Origin: an uncultured Eubacteriales bacterium
Lineage (GTDB): Bacteria > Actinomycetota > Coriobacteriia > Anaerosomatales > PHET01
Direction: 5' to 3'
Length of the DNA stretch: 52,707 bases
Assembly (NCBI GenBank): GCA_964500985.1
Contig: CAZCRB010000006.1
Coordinates: 1-52,707 of the forward strand
Shown here: positions 1 through 9,826 of the stretch, piece after piece
How the letters are laid out: each line of letters opens with the position of its first letter
Numbering within the stretch: position 1 is the first letter of the stretch
Notes under the pieces: generated by a model
Told to the model about the DNA's origin: nothing
What the model saw: only the letters and a program-made list of their open reading frames with translations
The model's database searches: none
Translations under genes and position numbers: made by a program

Positions 1-394
1 CGAGGTCCATGCGCGACAGCATCGTCGCCATCATCGAGGACGTGGAGGTCTTGCCGTGCGTCCCCGCCACCGCGACGGTCAGCCGCTCACCGGCGAGATG
101 GGCGAGCATCCGCGCGCGCGGCCACACCTCGATACCCTTCTCGCGCGCGTACGCCAACTCGGGATTGCGCTCGGGGATGGCCGATGAGACGACCACCACC
201 TCGGTGTCCGGGACGTTGGCCGCGTCGTGGCCGATGAACACCGTGACGCCCGCCTTCTCAAGCGCGCGCGAGTAGCGTGACGGCTTCAGATCGCTGCCGG
301 TGACCCGAAGTCCGCGCTCGTGCAGCACAAGGGCGATACCGGACATACCGGCACCGCCGGCTCCGATGAAGTGTGCATAGACCTTATCGGGCAC
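1..394 (-). CDS. murC: UDP-N-acetylmuramate--L-alanine ligase MurC, N-terminal part (3' end lies beyond the window start)
   Basis: My own minus-strand translation from a GTG at 394 gives VPDKVYAHFIGAGGAGMSGIALVLHERGLRVTGSDL...LTVAVAGTHGKTSTSSMMATML with no stop down to position 1. This is the classic MurC N-terminus (GxGxxG loop and Mur-ligase P-loop GTHGKTST). It is absent from the ORF track because the ORF runs off the window edge. A GAAGGA Shine-Dalgarno (SD) sits 5 nt upstream. Start overlaps the murG stop by 11 nt. Confidence 0.8.
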   Translation of the reverse strand, partial: MPDKVYAHFIGAGGAGMSGIALVLHERGLRVTGSDLKPSRYSRALEKAGVTVFIGHDAANVPDTEVVVVSSAIPERNPELAYAREKGIEVWPRARMLAHLAGERLTVAVAGTHGKTSTSSMMATMLSRMDL

Positions 395-1526
395 GCTGAT
401 CCTTCTCGTCGGTAGATGTCGATTCACCACGGACGCCTGCGACCTCGGCCGCGAGAGCAACCACGCGCTCGGCGGAATCGGGCCGTCCCAGGCCCCGCGA
501 TGCGGCAGACATGGTAGCACGCCGCACCGGATCGGCGAGCAGCCCTACGAGCTCGTCGCCAAAGCGTTGCGAGTCCAGCTCCTCGTCGGCCACGAGCAGC
601 GCCGCCTCGTGCCGAACCATGGCCGCCGCGTTCTTGGTCTGGTGATCATCGGTGGCATAGGGATACGGCACGAGTACCGACGGCAGTCCCAAAGCGGTGA
701 TCTCCGCAAGCGAGGTCGCTCCGGCACGCGCGACGACCAGGTCGGCCGCGGCCAGCGCGTCACCCATCTGATCGAGGTACTCGTACACGTGCCAGCGCGC
801 CGCATCCTCGCCGGTGAGCGCGAGCGCGTCACGGACGGCGGCGGCCTCCTTCTGGCCCGCCACCTGGACCACCTGCAGCCCCTCGATCCGCAGAAGCCGT
901 TCGCGGAGTCCGACGAGGGCCGTGTTGAGGTGGCGCGCTCCCCGGCTCCCCCCGAAGACGAGAAGAACCGTAGCGTCCGCTGGCAACTCGAGCGAAGCAC
1001 GGCCCGCCGCACGAGACGCCGCGAGCACCGCGGGACGCACCGGGTTGCCGGTGACGGTGGCGCGATCGGGGTGAGCAAGCAGCGCGGCCGACTCCTCATA
1101 GGTCACGCCCACCGCACGCGCCCAACGCGAGAGGACCTTGTTCGCCATGCCCGGCACGGAGTTCTGCTCGTGCAAGACGAGCGGGATCCGGTGGACGACG
1201 GCGGCAAGCCCCACGGGAATCGAGACGTAGCCGCCGAATCCGATGACGACATCGGGACGCTGCTGGCGCATCATCGCCCACGCGCGCACGGCGGACACGG
1301 CGATGCGAAGCGACGAGGTCACAAGCGTCCACGGCCGCGCACGATCGAAACCGGACGCCTTCAGGCCGACGAAGCGCACACCGGCGGCCGGCACGAGTCG
1401 AGCCTCGAGGCCCTCGGGCGTGCCGACGAAGGTCACATCGTCACGCGCGGCGGCGAGACGATCGGCCACCGTCAACGCGGGATAGATGTGGCCTGCTGTC
1501 CCTCCCCCGCTCACGAGAACTCTCAC
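384..1526 (-). CDS. murG: Lipid II synthase MurG (UDP-GlcNAc:lipid I GlcNAc transferase)
   Basis: ORF 384..1574 carries the GT28 signatures (VLVSGGGTAGHIYPAL; C-terminal HQTKNA). The likely true start is the GTG at 1526 (VRVLVSGGG...), preceded by AAGGAG plus a 7-nt spacer. The ATG at 1574 would add 16 residues not typical of MurG. Confidence 0.9.
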   Translation of the reverse strand: MRVLVSGGGTAGHIYPALTVADRLAAARDDVTFVGTPEGLEARLVPAAGVRFVGLKASGFDRARPWTLVTSSLRIAVSAVRAWAMMRQQRPDVVIGFGGYVSIPVGLAAVVHRIPLVLHEQNSVPGMANKVLSRWARAVGVTYEESAALLAHPDRATVTGNPVRPAVLAASRAAGRASLELPADATVLLVFGGSRGARHLNTALVGLRERLLRIEGLQVVQVAGQKEAAAVRDALALTGEDAARWHVYEYLDQMGDALAAADLVVARAGATSLAEITALGLPSVLVPYPYATDDHQTKNAAAMVRHEAALLVADEELDSQRFGDELVGLLADPVRRATMSAASRGLGRPDSAERVVALAAEVAGVRGESTSTDEKDQRAR

Positions 1527-2688
1527 GCGGTGGCTCCTTGGGCTTGACGCGGGTACGTATGGCGCGCGGCGCATGGGCGCCGTAACGCGAGACGGACAAG
1601 AGAAGTCCGACGCAGATCATGGTAACGAGCATCGATGAGCCACCATAGCTCATGAACGGCAGCGGCTTTCCGGTGACGGGCATGATGCCGGTGACCGCCG
1701 CCATGTTCAGGGTGGCCTGGAACGCGAGCATGCCGATCAGGCCGCCTGCGACGAGGCGCCCGTACGGGTCGCGCGTACCGACAGCGATCTTGAATCCGGC
1801 CCACACGAACACGCCGAGGCCGACGATCACCGCGATCGTGCCGATGAGACCCGCCTCCTCGCCGATGATGGCGAGGATGAAGTCGGTGTGGGCCTCGGGG
1901 AGATAGAAGAACTTCTGGCGCGAGAGCCCGAGCCCCACGCCCGCGATCCCGCCCGTGCCGAACGCCATCAGCGCCTGTACGGTCTGGTAGCCCTTGCCGA
2001 GCGGGTCGGCCCACGGGTCGAGGAAGCCGGCGACGCGCTGCATACGGTACGGCTCGGCGATGATCCCCACGGCGCCCAACGTGACCAGCGCGCCCACGGA
2101 TGCGAACACCCACTTCCAGGGGATTCCCGCGAGAACCAGGACGATGGCGACCGCCACGACGAGCGTCATCGTGGTTCCGAGGTCCGGCTGCAGCACGATG
2201 AGCAACGCAGGGATCATCGTCGCGCCCGCGATCCTGATAAGCATCGTGTTGGTGGCGATCCTCGATCGTTGCCATTCCACCGCGATCGAGGCGACGAGCA
2301 GCACGACCGCGATCTTGGCGACCTCGGACGCTTGAAGGTTGAACAGGCCGAGCGGGATCCAGCGCCGAGCGCCGCCTCTGACCGCGCCGATGACGATGGT
2401 CGCGACGAGCAGCGCGATTCCCACGCCCCAGACCGGCACGGCGATCTCTCTGAGCCGGCGGTAGTCGAAGCGGCCAAGGACGACCGCGACCCCCCAGCCC
2501 AACCCGATGAAGATGACCTGCCGGATGAAGTAGTGCCAGCTGGAACCCTCTTTGACCGCAGCGGTGATCGACGAAGCCGAGTAGATCATCACCAGACCGA
2601 ACATCGTGAGGAACACCGCGGCACCCATGAGTGCGTAGCGCGCTGCGGGACCACCCGCGAAGACGATCGGCCGCTTGGGCGCGCTCAT
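1441..2688 (-). CDS. ftsW: Peptidoglycan glycosyltransferase FtsW (SEDS family)
   Basis: 415 aa, polytopic, with SEDS motifs (QPDLGT, PEAHTDFI, KPLPFMSYGGSS). Its ATG overlaps the murD stop (ATGA). It has a basic R/S-rich C-terminal tail that overlaps the murG start by about 86 nt. Confidence 0.9.
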   Translation of the reverse strand: MSAPKRPIVFAGGPAARYALMGAAVFLTMFGLVMIYSASSITAAVKEGSSWHYFIRQVIFIGLGWGVAVVLGRFDYRRLREIAVPVWGVGIALLVATIVIGAVRGGARRWIPLGLFNLQASEVAKIAVVLLVASIAVEWQRSRIATNTMLIRIAGATMIPALLIVLQPDLGTTMTLVVAVAIVLVLAGIPWKWVFASVGALVTLGAVGIIAEPYRMQRVAGFLDPWADPLGKGYQTVQALMAFGTGGIAGVGLGLSRQKFFYLPEAHTDFILAIIGEEAGLIGTIAVIVGLGVFVWAGFKIAVGTRDPYGRLVAGGLIGMLAFQATLNMAAVTGIMPVTGKPLPFMSYGGSSMLVTMICVGLLLSVSRYGAHAPRAIRTRVKPKEPPRESSRERGRDSRPHLSRVDGGRSSRRRA

Positions 2689-4070
2689 GACGGATCACAC
2701 TCGCCAAGCGCCGTCACGAGCTGCTTGAACGTGCGGCCACGCTGCTCGAAGTTGGCGAACTCGTCAAAGGACGCACACGCGGGAGACAGCACCACGGCGT
2801 CACCGGGCACTGCCAGCCGGGCCGCGGCGTCGACGGCGTCTCGCAACGCCGCCACCCGAACCACACGGGCGCCGTGCAGACCCGAGAACGCGCCCTCGAG
2901 CTCATCGGCCGCCTCGCCGAACAAGACGACCGCGCGGCAGCGCTGCGATGAGACACGCGCCAGCTCCGAGAAGTCGTTGCCCTTGTTGCGCCCCCCAAGC
3001 AGAAGCACGAGCGGACGAGTCCCAAAAGAAGCGAGAGCCTTGAACACGGCGTCCGGGTTCGTCGCCTTGCTGTCGTTGAACCACTCAGCGCCCCGCGCAT
3101 CGCACACCGGCTCGAGGCGGTGCTCGATCGCCTCGAACGAGCGGAGCCCCTCCTGGATGTCGTGGGCCGACACGCCGAGGGCGTGGACCGCCGCCGCCGC
3201 AGCGAGAGCGTTGCTGACGTTGTGGGGACCCTGGATCTTGAGTTGGTCGACCCCGATCAACCGGATCTGACCGCCACGTGACTCGAGCATGAGCACCCCG
3301 TCGCGCACGGTCGCCCCGTCCGCGTAGACGGCGTCTTGGCTGACGCGAACCACGTGGACACCCCGCGCGGCGACGATGTCGGCGTACGGGGCCGAACCGG
3401 GGTCGTCGACGTCGATGACGGCCGTGTCATCGGGCCCGAGCTGCTCGAAGACGCGCGCCTTGTCGGCGGCGTAGGCGGCGAGCGACCCGTGCCAGTCGAC
3501 GTGGTCGGGCGTGATGTTGAGGAGGACCGCCACGCGCGGGTGGAAACGCCGCGTCAACGCGAGCTGGAACGAGGACACCTCGGCCACGAGCACCTCGGAC
3601 TCACCGCTGTCAGACACCGCGGCGATCGCCGGTGTGCCGATGTTGCCGACCGCCCGCGAAGAGACGCCTGCGCAGCGCAGCAGATGCGCGATGAGCGCCG
3701 TCGTGGTGGTCTTGCCGTTGGTCCCGGTCACCGCCACCCAGGGCGACGATGACCGCTCATAGGCGAACTCGATCTCCGAGACGACCCGGTCACACGACGC
3801 CACGGCGGAGCGCATGAGCGGGGACGCCGGCGGGATTCCGGGGCTCGCGATGCACAGGCCGTAGTTCCCGACGACCTCCGTGACGCCGAGGATCACCGTG
3901 ATGCCGTCCCCGGCAAGCTCCTCCGCGCGCTCATGCAGCACCGCGTTGTCCGCAGCGTCCATGACGGTGACCGAGTCAACGAGCGTGCCGACCAGCCCGG
4001 CGCAGTAGCGGGCAGCCGCTTCACCGCTCTTGCCGAGCCCGAGCACGAGGATGTCGCCATACTCCGCCAT
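2685..4070 (-). CDS. murD: UDP-N-acetylmuramoylalanine--D-glutamate ligase MurD
   Basis: 461 aa with the Mur-ligase P-loop VTGTNGKTTTTALIAHLL and an N-terminal Rossmann LVLGLGKSG. ATGA start/stop overlap with mraY. Confidence 0.9.
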   Translation of the reverse strand: MAEYGDILVLGLGKSGEAAARYCAGLVGTLVDSVTVMDAADNAVLHERAEELAGDGITVILGVTEVVGNYGLCIASPGIPPASPLMRSAVASCDRVVSEIEFAYERSSSPWVAVTGTNGKTTTTALIAHLLRCAGVSSRAVGNIGTPAIAAVSDSGESEVLVAEVSSFQLALTRRFHPRVAVLLNITPDHVDWHGSLAAYAADKARVFEQLGPDDTAVIDVDDPGSAPYADIVAARGVHVVRVSQDAVYADGATVRDGVLMLESRGGQIRLIGVDQLKIQGPHNVSNALAAAAAVHALGVSAHDIQEGLRSFEAIEHRLEPVCDARGAEWFNDSKATNPDAVFKALASFGTRPLVLLLGGRNKGNDFSELARVSSQRCRAVVLFGEAADELEGAFSGLHGARVVRVAALRDAVDAAARLAVPGDAVVLSPACASFDEFANFEQRGRTFKQLVTALGECDPS

Positions 4071-5122
4071 CAGATACCAAGCCTCACTGACTGAAAGAAG
4101 TACAGGGCGAAGCCGAAGCCCGCGAGGATGCCGGTGATGATCCAGAACCGGATCATCACCTTGGTCTCGGACCAGCCGAGCATCTCGAAATGATGGTGGA
4201 GCGGTGCCATGCGAAAGATCCGCTTGCCCGTCAGCTTGAAGCTCGCGACCTGCAGCACCACCGAGAGCGTCTCGGCGACGTAGATACCGCCGATGATCAG
4301 GAGCAGCAGCTCCGTCTTGGTAATCACCGCCAGCGCAGCGATACCGGCGCCCAGACCGAGCGACCCGGTGTCACCCATGAAGATGTCTGCCGGATACGCG
4401 TTGTACCAGAGAAAGCCGATGCAAGCGCCCGCGATCGCGGCGCCGAAGAGCGCGTTCTCAAGCGCGTTCTGCCTGAACGCGATACCGGCGAACGCCATCG
4501 TGACGATCGTGACGGTGCCGGCTGCCAGGCCATCAAGCCCGTCCGTCAGGTTCACCGCGTTGCTCATGGCGATCATCATGAAGGCCACGAACGCGACGTA
4601 GAGCCACGGGATCACGAAGCTGAGTCCGCCCACGGTGACCGTGCTCGACAGCGCGCCCAGATCGATGCGCGAGCGGGTGAGCGGCAGCTGCAGCCACGTG
4701 GGCACCTTGGCCCAGTTGACCGCGAGCAGACAGAAGGCCACCGAGATGGTCGCCTGAGCCGCGAGCTTCGCGCGCGGACGCAGCCCAAGAGAGCGCTCGT
4801 GCGCGACCTTGGCCCAGTCGTCGATGAACCCGAGAGCCCCACACCCGAGCGTGGCCGCCAGAGCGAGCAGGCTCGCCCGCGTCGGCGTGCCCATCGAGAA
4901 GTAGGTCGCGGCGACGACGAACAGGATCAGCACGCCACCCATCGTGGGCGTCCCCTGCTTGACCAGGTGACCCTGCGGACCGTCGGCGCGCACCTGCTGG
5001 CCGATGTTGCGAACCCGCAGCAGGCGAATCCAGAGCGGGAACAGGATCGCCGCAGCAATCAGCGCCAGCACGATGGCCATGAAGACCTGATAGGTCGGGT
5101 ACTGTGCGAGCTTAGCCAACAC
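4070..5122 (-). CDS. mraY: Phospho-N-acetylmuramoyl-pentapeptide transferase MraY
   Basis: 350 aa, polytopic, with the MraY motif NAVNLTDGLDGLAAG and HHHFE. The track start is a GTG at 5122 that overlaps murF by 11 nt. An alternative ATG at 5080 (MAIVLAL...) is possible. Confidence 0.9.
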   Translation of the reverse strand: MLAKLAQYPTYQVFMAIVLALIAAAILFPLWIRLLRVRNIGQQVRADGPQGHLVKQGTPTMGGVLILFVVAATYFSMGTPTRASLLALAATLGCGALGFIDDWAKVAHERSLGLRPRAKLAAQATISVAFCLLAVNWAKVPTWLQLPLTRSRIDLGALSSTVTVGGLSFVIPWLYVAFVAFMMIAMSNAVNLTDGLDGLAAGTVTIVTMAFAGIAFRQNALENALFGAAIAGACIGFLWYNAYPADIFMGDTGSLGLGAGIAALAVITKTELLLLIIGGIYVAETLSVVLQVASFKLTGKRIFRMAPLHHHFEMLGWSETKVMIRFWIITGILAGFGFALYFFQSVRLGI

Positions 5123-6527
5123 GAGGGTTCACGATTCCTTCCACCACGCGCTCGAGCCCCATGACGCGCGATGCCTTCACGAGCACCGCGTCACCCGGCT
5201 CGAGAAGGTCGTCGAGGACCTCGCTGGCCTCCTCGGCCGTCATGCACGGGCGCACCGTGAGCGCGTCCATACCCTTTGCGACGGCGCCGTCGGCGATCCG
5301 CTTGGCTCGCGGGCCGACCGTGACGAGCAGGTCGATCTCGAGCGTTGCGACCCGCTCGCCGACCTGGAAATGCGCAAGCTCTTCCAACGACCCGAGCTCG
5401 GCCATGTCACCAAGCACCGCGATGCGCCTGCCGGGCACGCGCATCTCCGAGAGCGTCTCGATGGCGGCCTTCATCGACGTCGGGTTGGCGTTGTACGCGT
5501 CGTTGATCACGGTGACACCCGTGGCGCTCGTGAAGCTCTCCATGCGCATGCCCGTCACCGATGCACGCGAAAGCCCCTGGGCTATGCCGTCGAGCGTGAC
5601 CGCCATGCGCAGACCGACCGCCGCGGCGGCCAGCGCGTTGTAGATGTTGTGCCGCCCGGGAATCGGCAGCGATATGCGCACCTCGCCTTCCGGGGCGACC
5701 AGGAGGAACGAGGGGCGGCTCTCGCCGTCCAACTCCACATCCTGTGCGCGCACCGTGCAGCGCTCGGAGAGCCCATAGAGGGTGACCGGCGCTCGGCTCG
5801 TGATGGCCAGGGCGTCGGTGTAGGCGTCGTCGCCGTTGAGGAACACGGCCCCGTCCGCCGGAATCGCCCGCACCAGCTCGCCTTTTGCCGTCGCGACGGC
5901 GTCTTGCGAGCCGAGCAGCTCGATGTGACTCGTGCCCACGTTGGTCACCAACCCCATCGTCGGATGGGCGATCTGGGTGAGCCGCGCGATCTGGCCGATG
6001 CCGCGCATGCCCATCTCCACGACGAGCACGTCGGTCTCCGTGCCGGCGTCCATCACGGTGAGCGGAAGGCCGAGCTCGTTGTTGCGGTTCCCGCGGGTCG
6101 AGACGACACGCATGCCGGTCGAGAGCACGGCGTCAAGGAAGTCCTTCGTCGTCGTCTTGCCGGTCGAACCCGTGATGCCCACCACCGGGCAGACGAGTCG
6201 CGTGCGGTGCCAGGCCGCAAGCGCCTGAACCGCGACGACGCCGTCCGCGACACGCACAACCGCTGCTCCACGCTGGGATGCGGTCGCGAGCGCACGAGCG
6301 ATTTGTGCGTCGGGGCGGCTGACCAGCAGGATCCGCGCACCGGCATCCAGCGCGCTTTCGAGATACTGATGTCCGTCGGTCCTCGCACCGTCGATCGCGA
6401 CGAACAGCGCACCCGGTGTGACCTCGCGTGAATCGACCGCGAGCCCGTTGGCGTGAACCATCGGGTCACCCGCGACTTGGGTGCCGCCCGTTACCAGCGC
6501 GACCGTCTCGGCAGACACCCTCAGCAT
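5112..6527 (-). CDS. murF: UDP-N-acetylmuramoyl-tripeptide--D-alanyl-D-alanine ligase MurF
   Basis: 471 aa with P-loop GITGSTGKTTTKDFL. The ATG start overlaps the murE 3' end by 7 nt. Confidence 0.9.
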   Translation of the reverse strand: MLRVSAETVALVTGGTQVAGDPMVHANGLAVDSREVTPGALFVAIDGARTDGHQYLESALDAGARILLVSRPDAQIARALATASQRGAAVVRVADGVVAVQALAAWHRTRLVCPVVGITGSTGKTTTKDFLDAVLSTGMRVVSTRGNRNNELGLPLTVMDAGTETDVLVVEMGMRGIGQIARLTQIAHPTMGLVTNVGTSHIELLGSQDAVATAKGELVRAIPADGAVFLNGDDAYTDALAITSRAPVTLYGLSERCTVRAQDVELDGESRPSFLLVAPEGEVRISLPIPGRHNIYNALAAAAVGLRMAVTLDGIAQGLSRASVTGMRMESFTSATGVTVINDAYNANPTSMKAAIETLSEMRVPGRRIAVLGDMAELGSLEELAHFQVGERVATLEIDLLVTVGPRAKRIADGAVAKGMDALTVRPCMTAEEASEVLDDLLEPGDAVLVKASRVMGLERVVEGIVNPRVG

Positions 6528-8005
6528 CCTGCCAGCACCTCCCGTGCGACCTCGCGGTCGTCGAAGTGGACGGTGCGGTCCGCGAAGATCTGGTAGTCCT
6601 CGTGCCCTTTGCCGGCGATCAGCACGGCGTCACCGGGCTTGGCCAGCCCGATCGCCCGCTCGATGGCACGGCGACGGTCGATCTCCACCACGTAACCGGT
6701 GGCGGCGTCACGCAGGCCGTCCTCGATCTGCAGGACGATACCGACCGGGTCCTCACTGCGCGGGTTGTCACTCGTGACGATCACGAAGTCCGCGCTGTGC
6801 GCCGCGGCGGCACCCATGAGCGGTCGCTTGTCCGGATCACGATCGCCGCCGCAACCGAACACGACGATAGTGCGCCCCTCGGCGACTGCGGCCACCGCCT
6901 TGGCGGCCTTCTCGAGCGAGTCGGGGGTGTGAGCGTAGTCGACGACGACGGCAAAGGGCTGCCCGCACTCGATCCGCTCGAGGCGGCCCGGCACCTGCGG
7001 TGCCGACTCGAGCCCGGCCACGACGGTATCGAGCTCGATCCCGAGGCTGAGCGCGCAGCCCGCCGCCACCAAGGCGTTGCTGACGTTGTAGGCACCCGCG
7101 AGAGGCAGCCGCACGGTGCGCGATCCCGCAGGGGTCTGAAGCAGGAAGACGGCGCCGCTGGCGGAAAGCGTGATGTCGGACGCGCGCACATCGGCTTCGG
7201 GCGCGGTGCCGACGCGAAGCACGTCAGACAGCTCCTGAGCGAGCTGCGCACCCAGCGGGTCGTCGACATTGACGACACGGTGCGCAACGTCGTGTTCCGT
7301 GAACAACCGCTTCTTCACCGAGAAGTACTCCTCGAGCGTGTGGTGATAGTCGAGGTGATCCTGGGTCAGGTTCGTGAAGGCCGCGACTGAGAAGCGTACG
7401 CCGTCAACGCGGTGAAGGTCGATCGCATGGCTCGAGACTTCCATCGAACACGCCGATACCCCCGCGTCGCGCATCTGAACGAGCAGCGACTGAAGATCGA
7501 CGGACTCGGGGGTCGTGCGCGCCGCGGGACGGCTCTCGTCGGCGATTCGGCTCTCGACCGTCCCGATCATGCCCGTGGTCCGTCCGGCGGCCCTCAAGAC
7601 CGCGTCGACGAGGTACGTCGTCGTGGTCTTGCCGTTCGTGCCCGTGATCCCGACGACGTCCATCACCCGGCTCGGGTGGCCCGCCGCCACGGAGGCGGCG
7701 CGCGCCAGAGCAGCGCGGGTGTCGGCGACGACGAACTGAGGGATGCTTACGTCCAGCGGGTGCTCGACCACGAGGGCCGCCGCGCCGCGCTTCACGGCCT
7801 CTGCGCCGAAGGTGTGCCCATCGTGCGCGAAGCCCCGCACGCAGAAGAACGCGTCACCCGCGCTGACGTGGTCCGAACGGTAGGCGACGCCGCCCACCGC
7901 GACGTCGTCGACATCGACGGGTCGGGCGTTTGAGCCCTCCAGCAACTGCATGATGGTCAAGTCGGACACGTGCTCCCCTGCTTCGCGGTCGAGCGATTCT
8001 AGCAC
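6521..8005 (-). CDS. murE: UDP-N-acetylmuramoyl-L-alanyl-D-glutamate--2,6-diaminopimelate (or L-Lys) ligase MurE
   Basis: 494 aa with P-loop GITGTNGKTTTTYLV. The track start (GTG at 8005) lies 2 nt after the ftsI stop. A downstream GTG/ATG (7969 or 7951, MQLLEG...) fits the usual MurE N-terminus equally well. Confidence 0.9.
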   Translation of the reverse strand: MLESLDREAGEHVSDLTIMQLLEGSNARPVDVDDVAVGGVAYRSDHVSAGDAFFCVRGFAHDGHTFGAEAVKRGAAALVVEHPLDVSIPQFVVADTRAALARAASVAAGHPSRVMDVVGITGTNGKTTTTYLVDAVLRAAGRTTGMIGTVESRIADESRPAARTTPESVDLQSLLVQMRDAGVSACSMEVSSHAIDLHRVDGVRFSVAAFTNLTQDHLDYHHTLEEYFSVKKRLFTEHDVAHRVVNVDDPLGAQLAQELSDVLRVGTAPEADVRASDITLSASGAVFLLQTPAGSRTVRLPLAGAYNVSNALVAAGCALSLGIELDTVVAGLESAPQVPGRLERIECGQPFAVVVDYAHTPDSLEKAAKAVAAVAEGRTIVVFGCGGDRDPDKRPLMGAAAAHSADFVIVTSDNPRSEDPVGIVLQIEDGLRDAATGYVVEIDRRRAIERAIGLAKPGDAVLIAGKGHEDYQIFADRTVHFDDREVAREVLAGC

Positions 8006-8007
8006 CG

Positions 8008-9801
8008 TCAGTCACGCACGCCGTCGTTCGACACCGGACCGACACCGGCGCTGGTATCGGTGCCGCTGCCGGGCTTGCCGCCTTTGCCCGCGCCCTTGCC
8101 GTCAGCCGGCTTGGGACTCGAGGGCGGGACCTTGAGGTGTGACACCGTGAACTGCGCGAGTCTGCTGAACGTAGGCGCAGCGACGGTACCGCCGTAGATC
8201 GCGTTGGTCGGCTCGTCGATGGTCACGCATACCAGCACCTGGGGGTCCTCGACGGGCAGGTAGCCGATGAACGAACCGACGTACTTGCCGCCCGCGTAGC
8301 CCTTTCCTCCGGGCATGGCCTTCTGGGCCGTGCCGGTCTTGCCCGCGACCGTGTAGCCGGCAACGGCGGCACCCTTACCCGTACCTTCCGTCACCACGGC
8401 AGCGAGCACGCCTCCGACCGTCTGCGCGCTCTTCTCGCTGATCGCGACGCGCGTGGGCCACGAAAGCTTCGCGTCAGGCTGCTGCGGCACGTCGAGCAGG
8501 AAGTGCGGCGTGGTCAACACGCCCTTGTTCGCGATCGCACCGATTGCGCGCGAGAGCTGCAGCGGCGTCATCGAGACACCTTGCCCGAACGGGATGTTGC
8601 CGATGGAGGACGCCGACCAGTTGACAGGAGGCGGCAACCAGCCCTTTGCCTCGCCGGGGAAGTCGACGCCCGTCTTCTCGGTGAGACCGAATTTTGAGAA
8701 CGCGTCGTACAGTCCGTCCTTGCCGAGTTTGAGCCCGAGCTTGACCGTTCCGACGTTCGAGGAGTTCGTGACGATCTCGGTGAGTGTCCAGGTTACGGCC
8801 CCGCGACCGTGGGCCTCGTGGATGGTGCGGCCGCCCACCTTGAGGGTGGGGGGCAGCGAGAACTTGGAGTCTGGCGTGTAGAGCCCCTTGTCGATGACCG
8901 CCGAAGCCGTCAGACACTTGAGCGTCGAACCCGGCTCGTAGGCGTCAGCGAGCGGCTTGTTGCGAATCGCATCGCCGGCGGCCGCACCGTAGTCGTTGGG
9001 ATTGAAGCCGGGAGTGGACGCCATCGCGTAGATCTCGCCGTTGCGCGGGTTCATGATCACGACTGAGCCGCCCTTGGCGCCCCACTCCTTGACCGCAGAC
9101 CCGAGCTCGACCTGAGCCTGATACTGGATGTCCTTGTCGATAGTCAGAACGATGTCGTGGCCGTCGACCGGATCGATCTCCTTCTGGATCCCGCCGGGGA
9201 TGGGGTTGCCCTGGGGGTCGCGCTCCCCGAGAAGCACCCCGGGAGTGCCGCCCAAGACGCTGTCGTACTGCTTCTCGATGCCGGCGAGTCCATCGTCGTC
9301 GACACCGACAAAACCGAGGATCTGACACGCGAGTTCGCCCGAGGGGTAGAGCCGACGAGAATCGTCAAGCATGCCCACCCCTTCGAGCTCAAGCTTCTTG
9401 AGTTCGTCGGCGCGATCCATGTCGACTTTGCGGGCGATGTAGACGAAACCGCCGCCCTTCTCGAGCTTGCTCAGGTAGGTCTTCTCGTCGCCACCGAGCG
9501 TGGCGGCCAGCGCCTTGGCGGTGCCGCTCTTGTCCTTGATCTGGTTGGGCGCCGCATAGACGGTACGCGCGTCCATGCTGACAGCGAGCGGCTCGCCTTC
9601 GCGATCGTAGATCGTCCCCCGACGAGGCGGCAGTTCGATGTCGCGCAGGCGCTGCGCCGTGGCCTTCTCGGCGTATGCGGGCGCGGCGACCACCTGGATC
9701 CACACCAGGCGAAACGCGATGGCGAGAAACGCGACCAGGAAGGCGCTGAGCAGCAAGAAGTAGCGGCCGCTATCTTGCGACCGCGACCGTGCTGCCTTCA
9801 C
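8008..9801 (-). CDS. ftsI: Class B penicillin-binding protein FtsI/PBP (septal transpeptidase)
   Basis: Carries the SXXK (STLK), SSN and KTGT motifs, an N-terminal TM helix and a PBP dimerisation region. The longest ORF begins at 9906, but those first 35 codons overlap ftsL. A GTG at 9801 (VKAARSRS...) is preceded by a perfect AAGGAGG SD, so that is the likely start. Confidence 0.85.
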   Translation of the reverse strand: MKAARSRSQDSGRYFLLLSAFLVAFLAIAFRLVWIQVVAAPAYAEKATAQRLRDIELPPRRGTIYDREGEPLAVSMDARTVYAAPNQIKDKSGTAKALAATLGGDEKTYLSKLEKGGGFVYIARKVDMDRADELKKLELEGVGMLDDSRRLYPSGELACQILGFVGVDDDGLAGIEKQYDSVLGGTPGVLLGERDPQGNPIPGGIQKEIDPVDGHDIVLTIDKDIQYQAQVELGSAVKEWGAKGGSVVIMNPRNGEIYAMASTPGFNPNDYGAAAGDAIRNKPLADAYEPGSTLKCLTASAVIDKGLYTPDSKFSLPPTLKVGGRTIHEAHGRGAVTWTLTEIVTNSSNVGTVKLGLKLGKDGLYDAFSKFGLTEKTGVDFPGEAKGWLPPPVNWSASSIGNIPFGQGVSMTPLQLSRAIGAIANKGVLTTPHFLLDVPQQPDAKLSWPTRVAISEKSAQTVGGVLAAVVTEGTGKGAAVAGYTVAGKTGTAQKAMPGGKGYAGGKYVGSFIGYLPVEDPQVLVCVTIDEPTNAIYGGTVAAPTFSRLAQFTVSHLKVPPSSPKPADGKGAGKGGKPGSGTDTSAGVGPVSNDGVRD

Positions 9802-9826
9802 GCGTCCTCCTTCTCCGCCCGGCGTC

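Noticed and set aside
9-275. 88-aa plus-strand ORF at the window start
   Set aside because: It is antisense to the clearly recognisable murC N-terminus on the minus strand.
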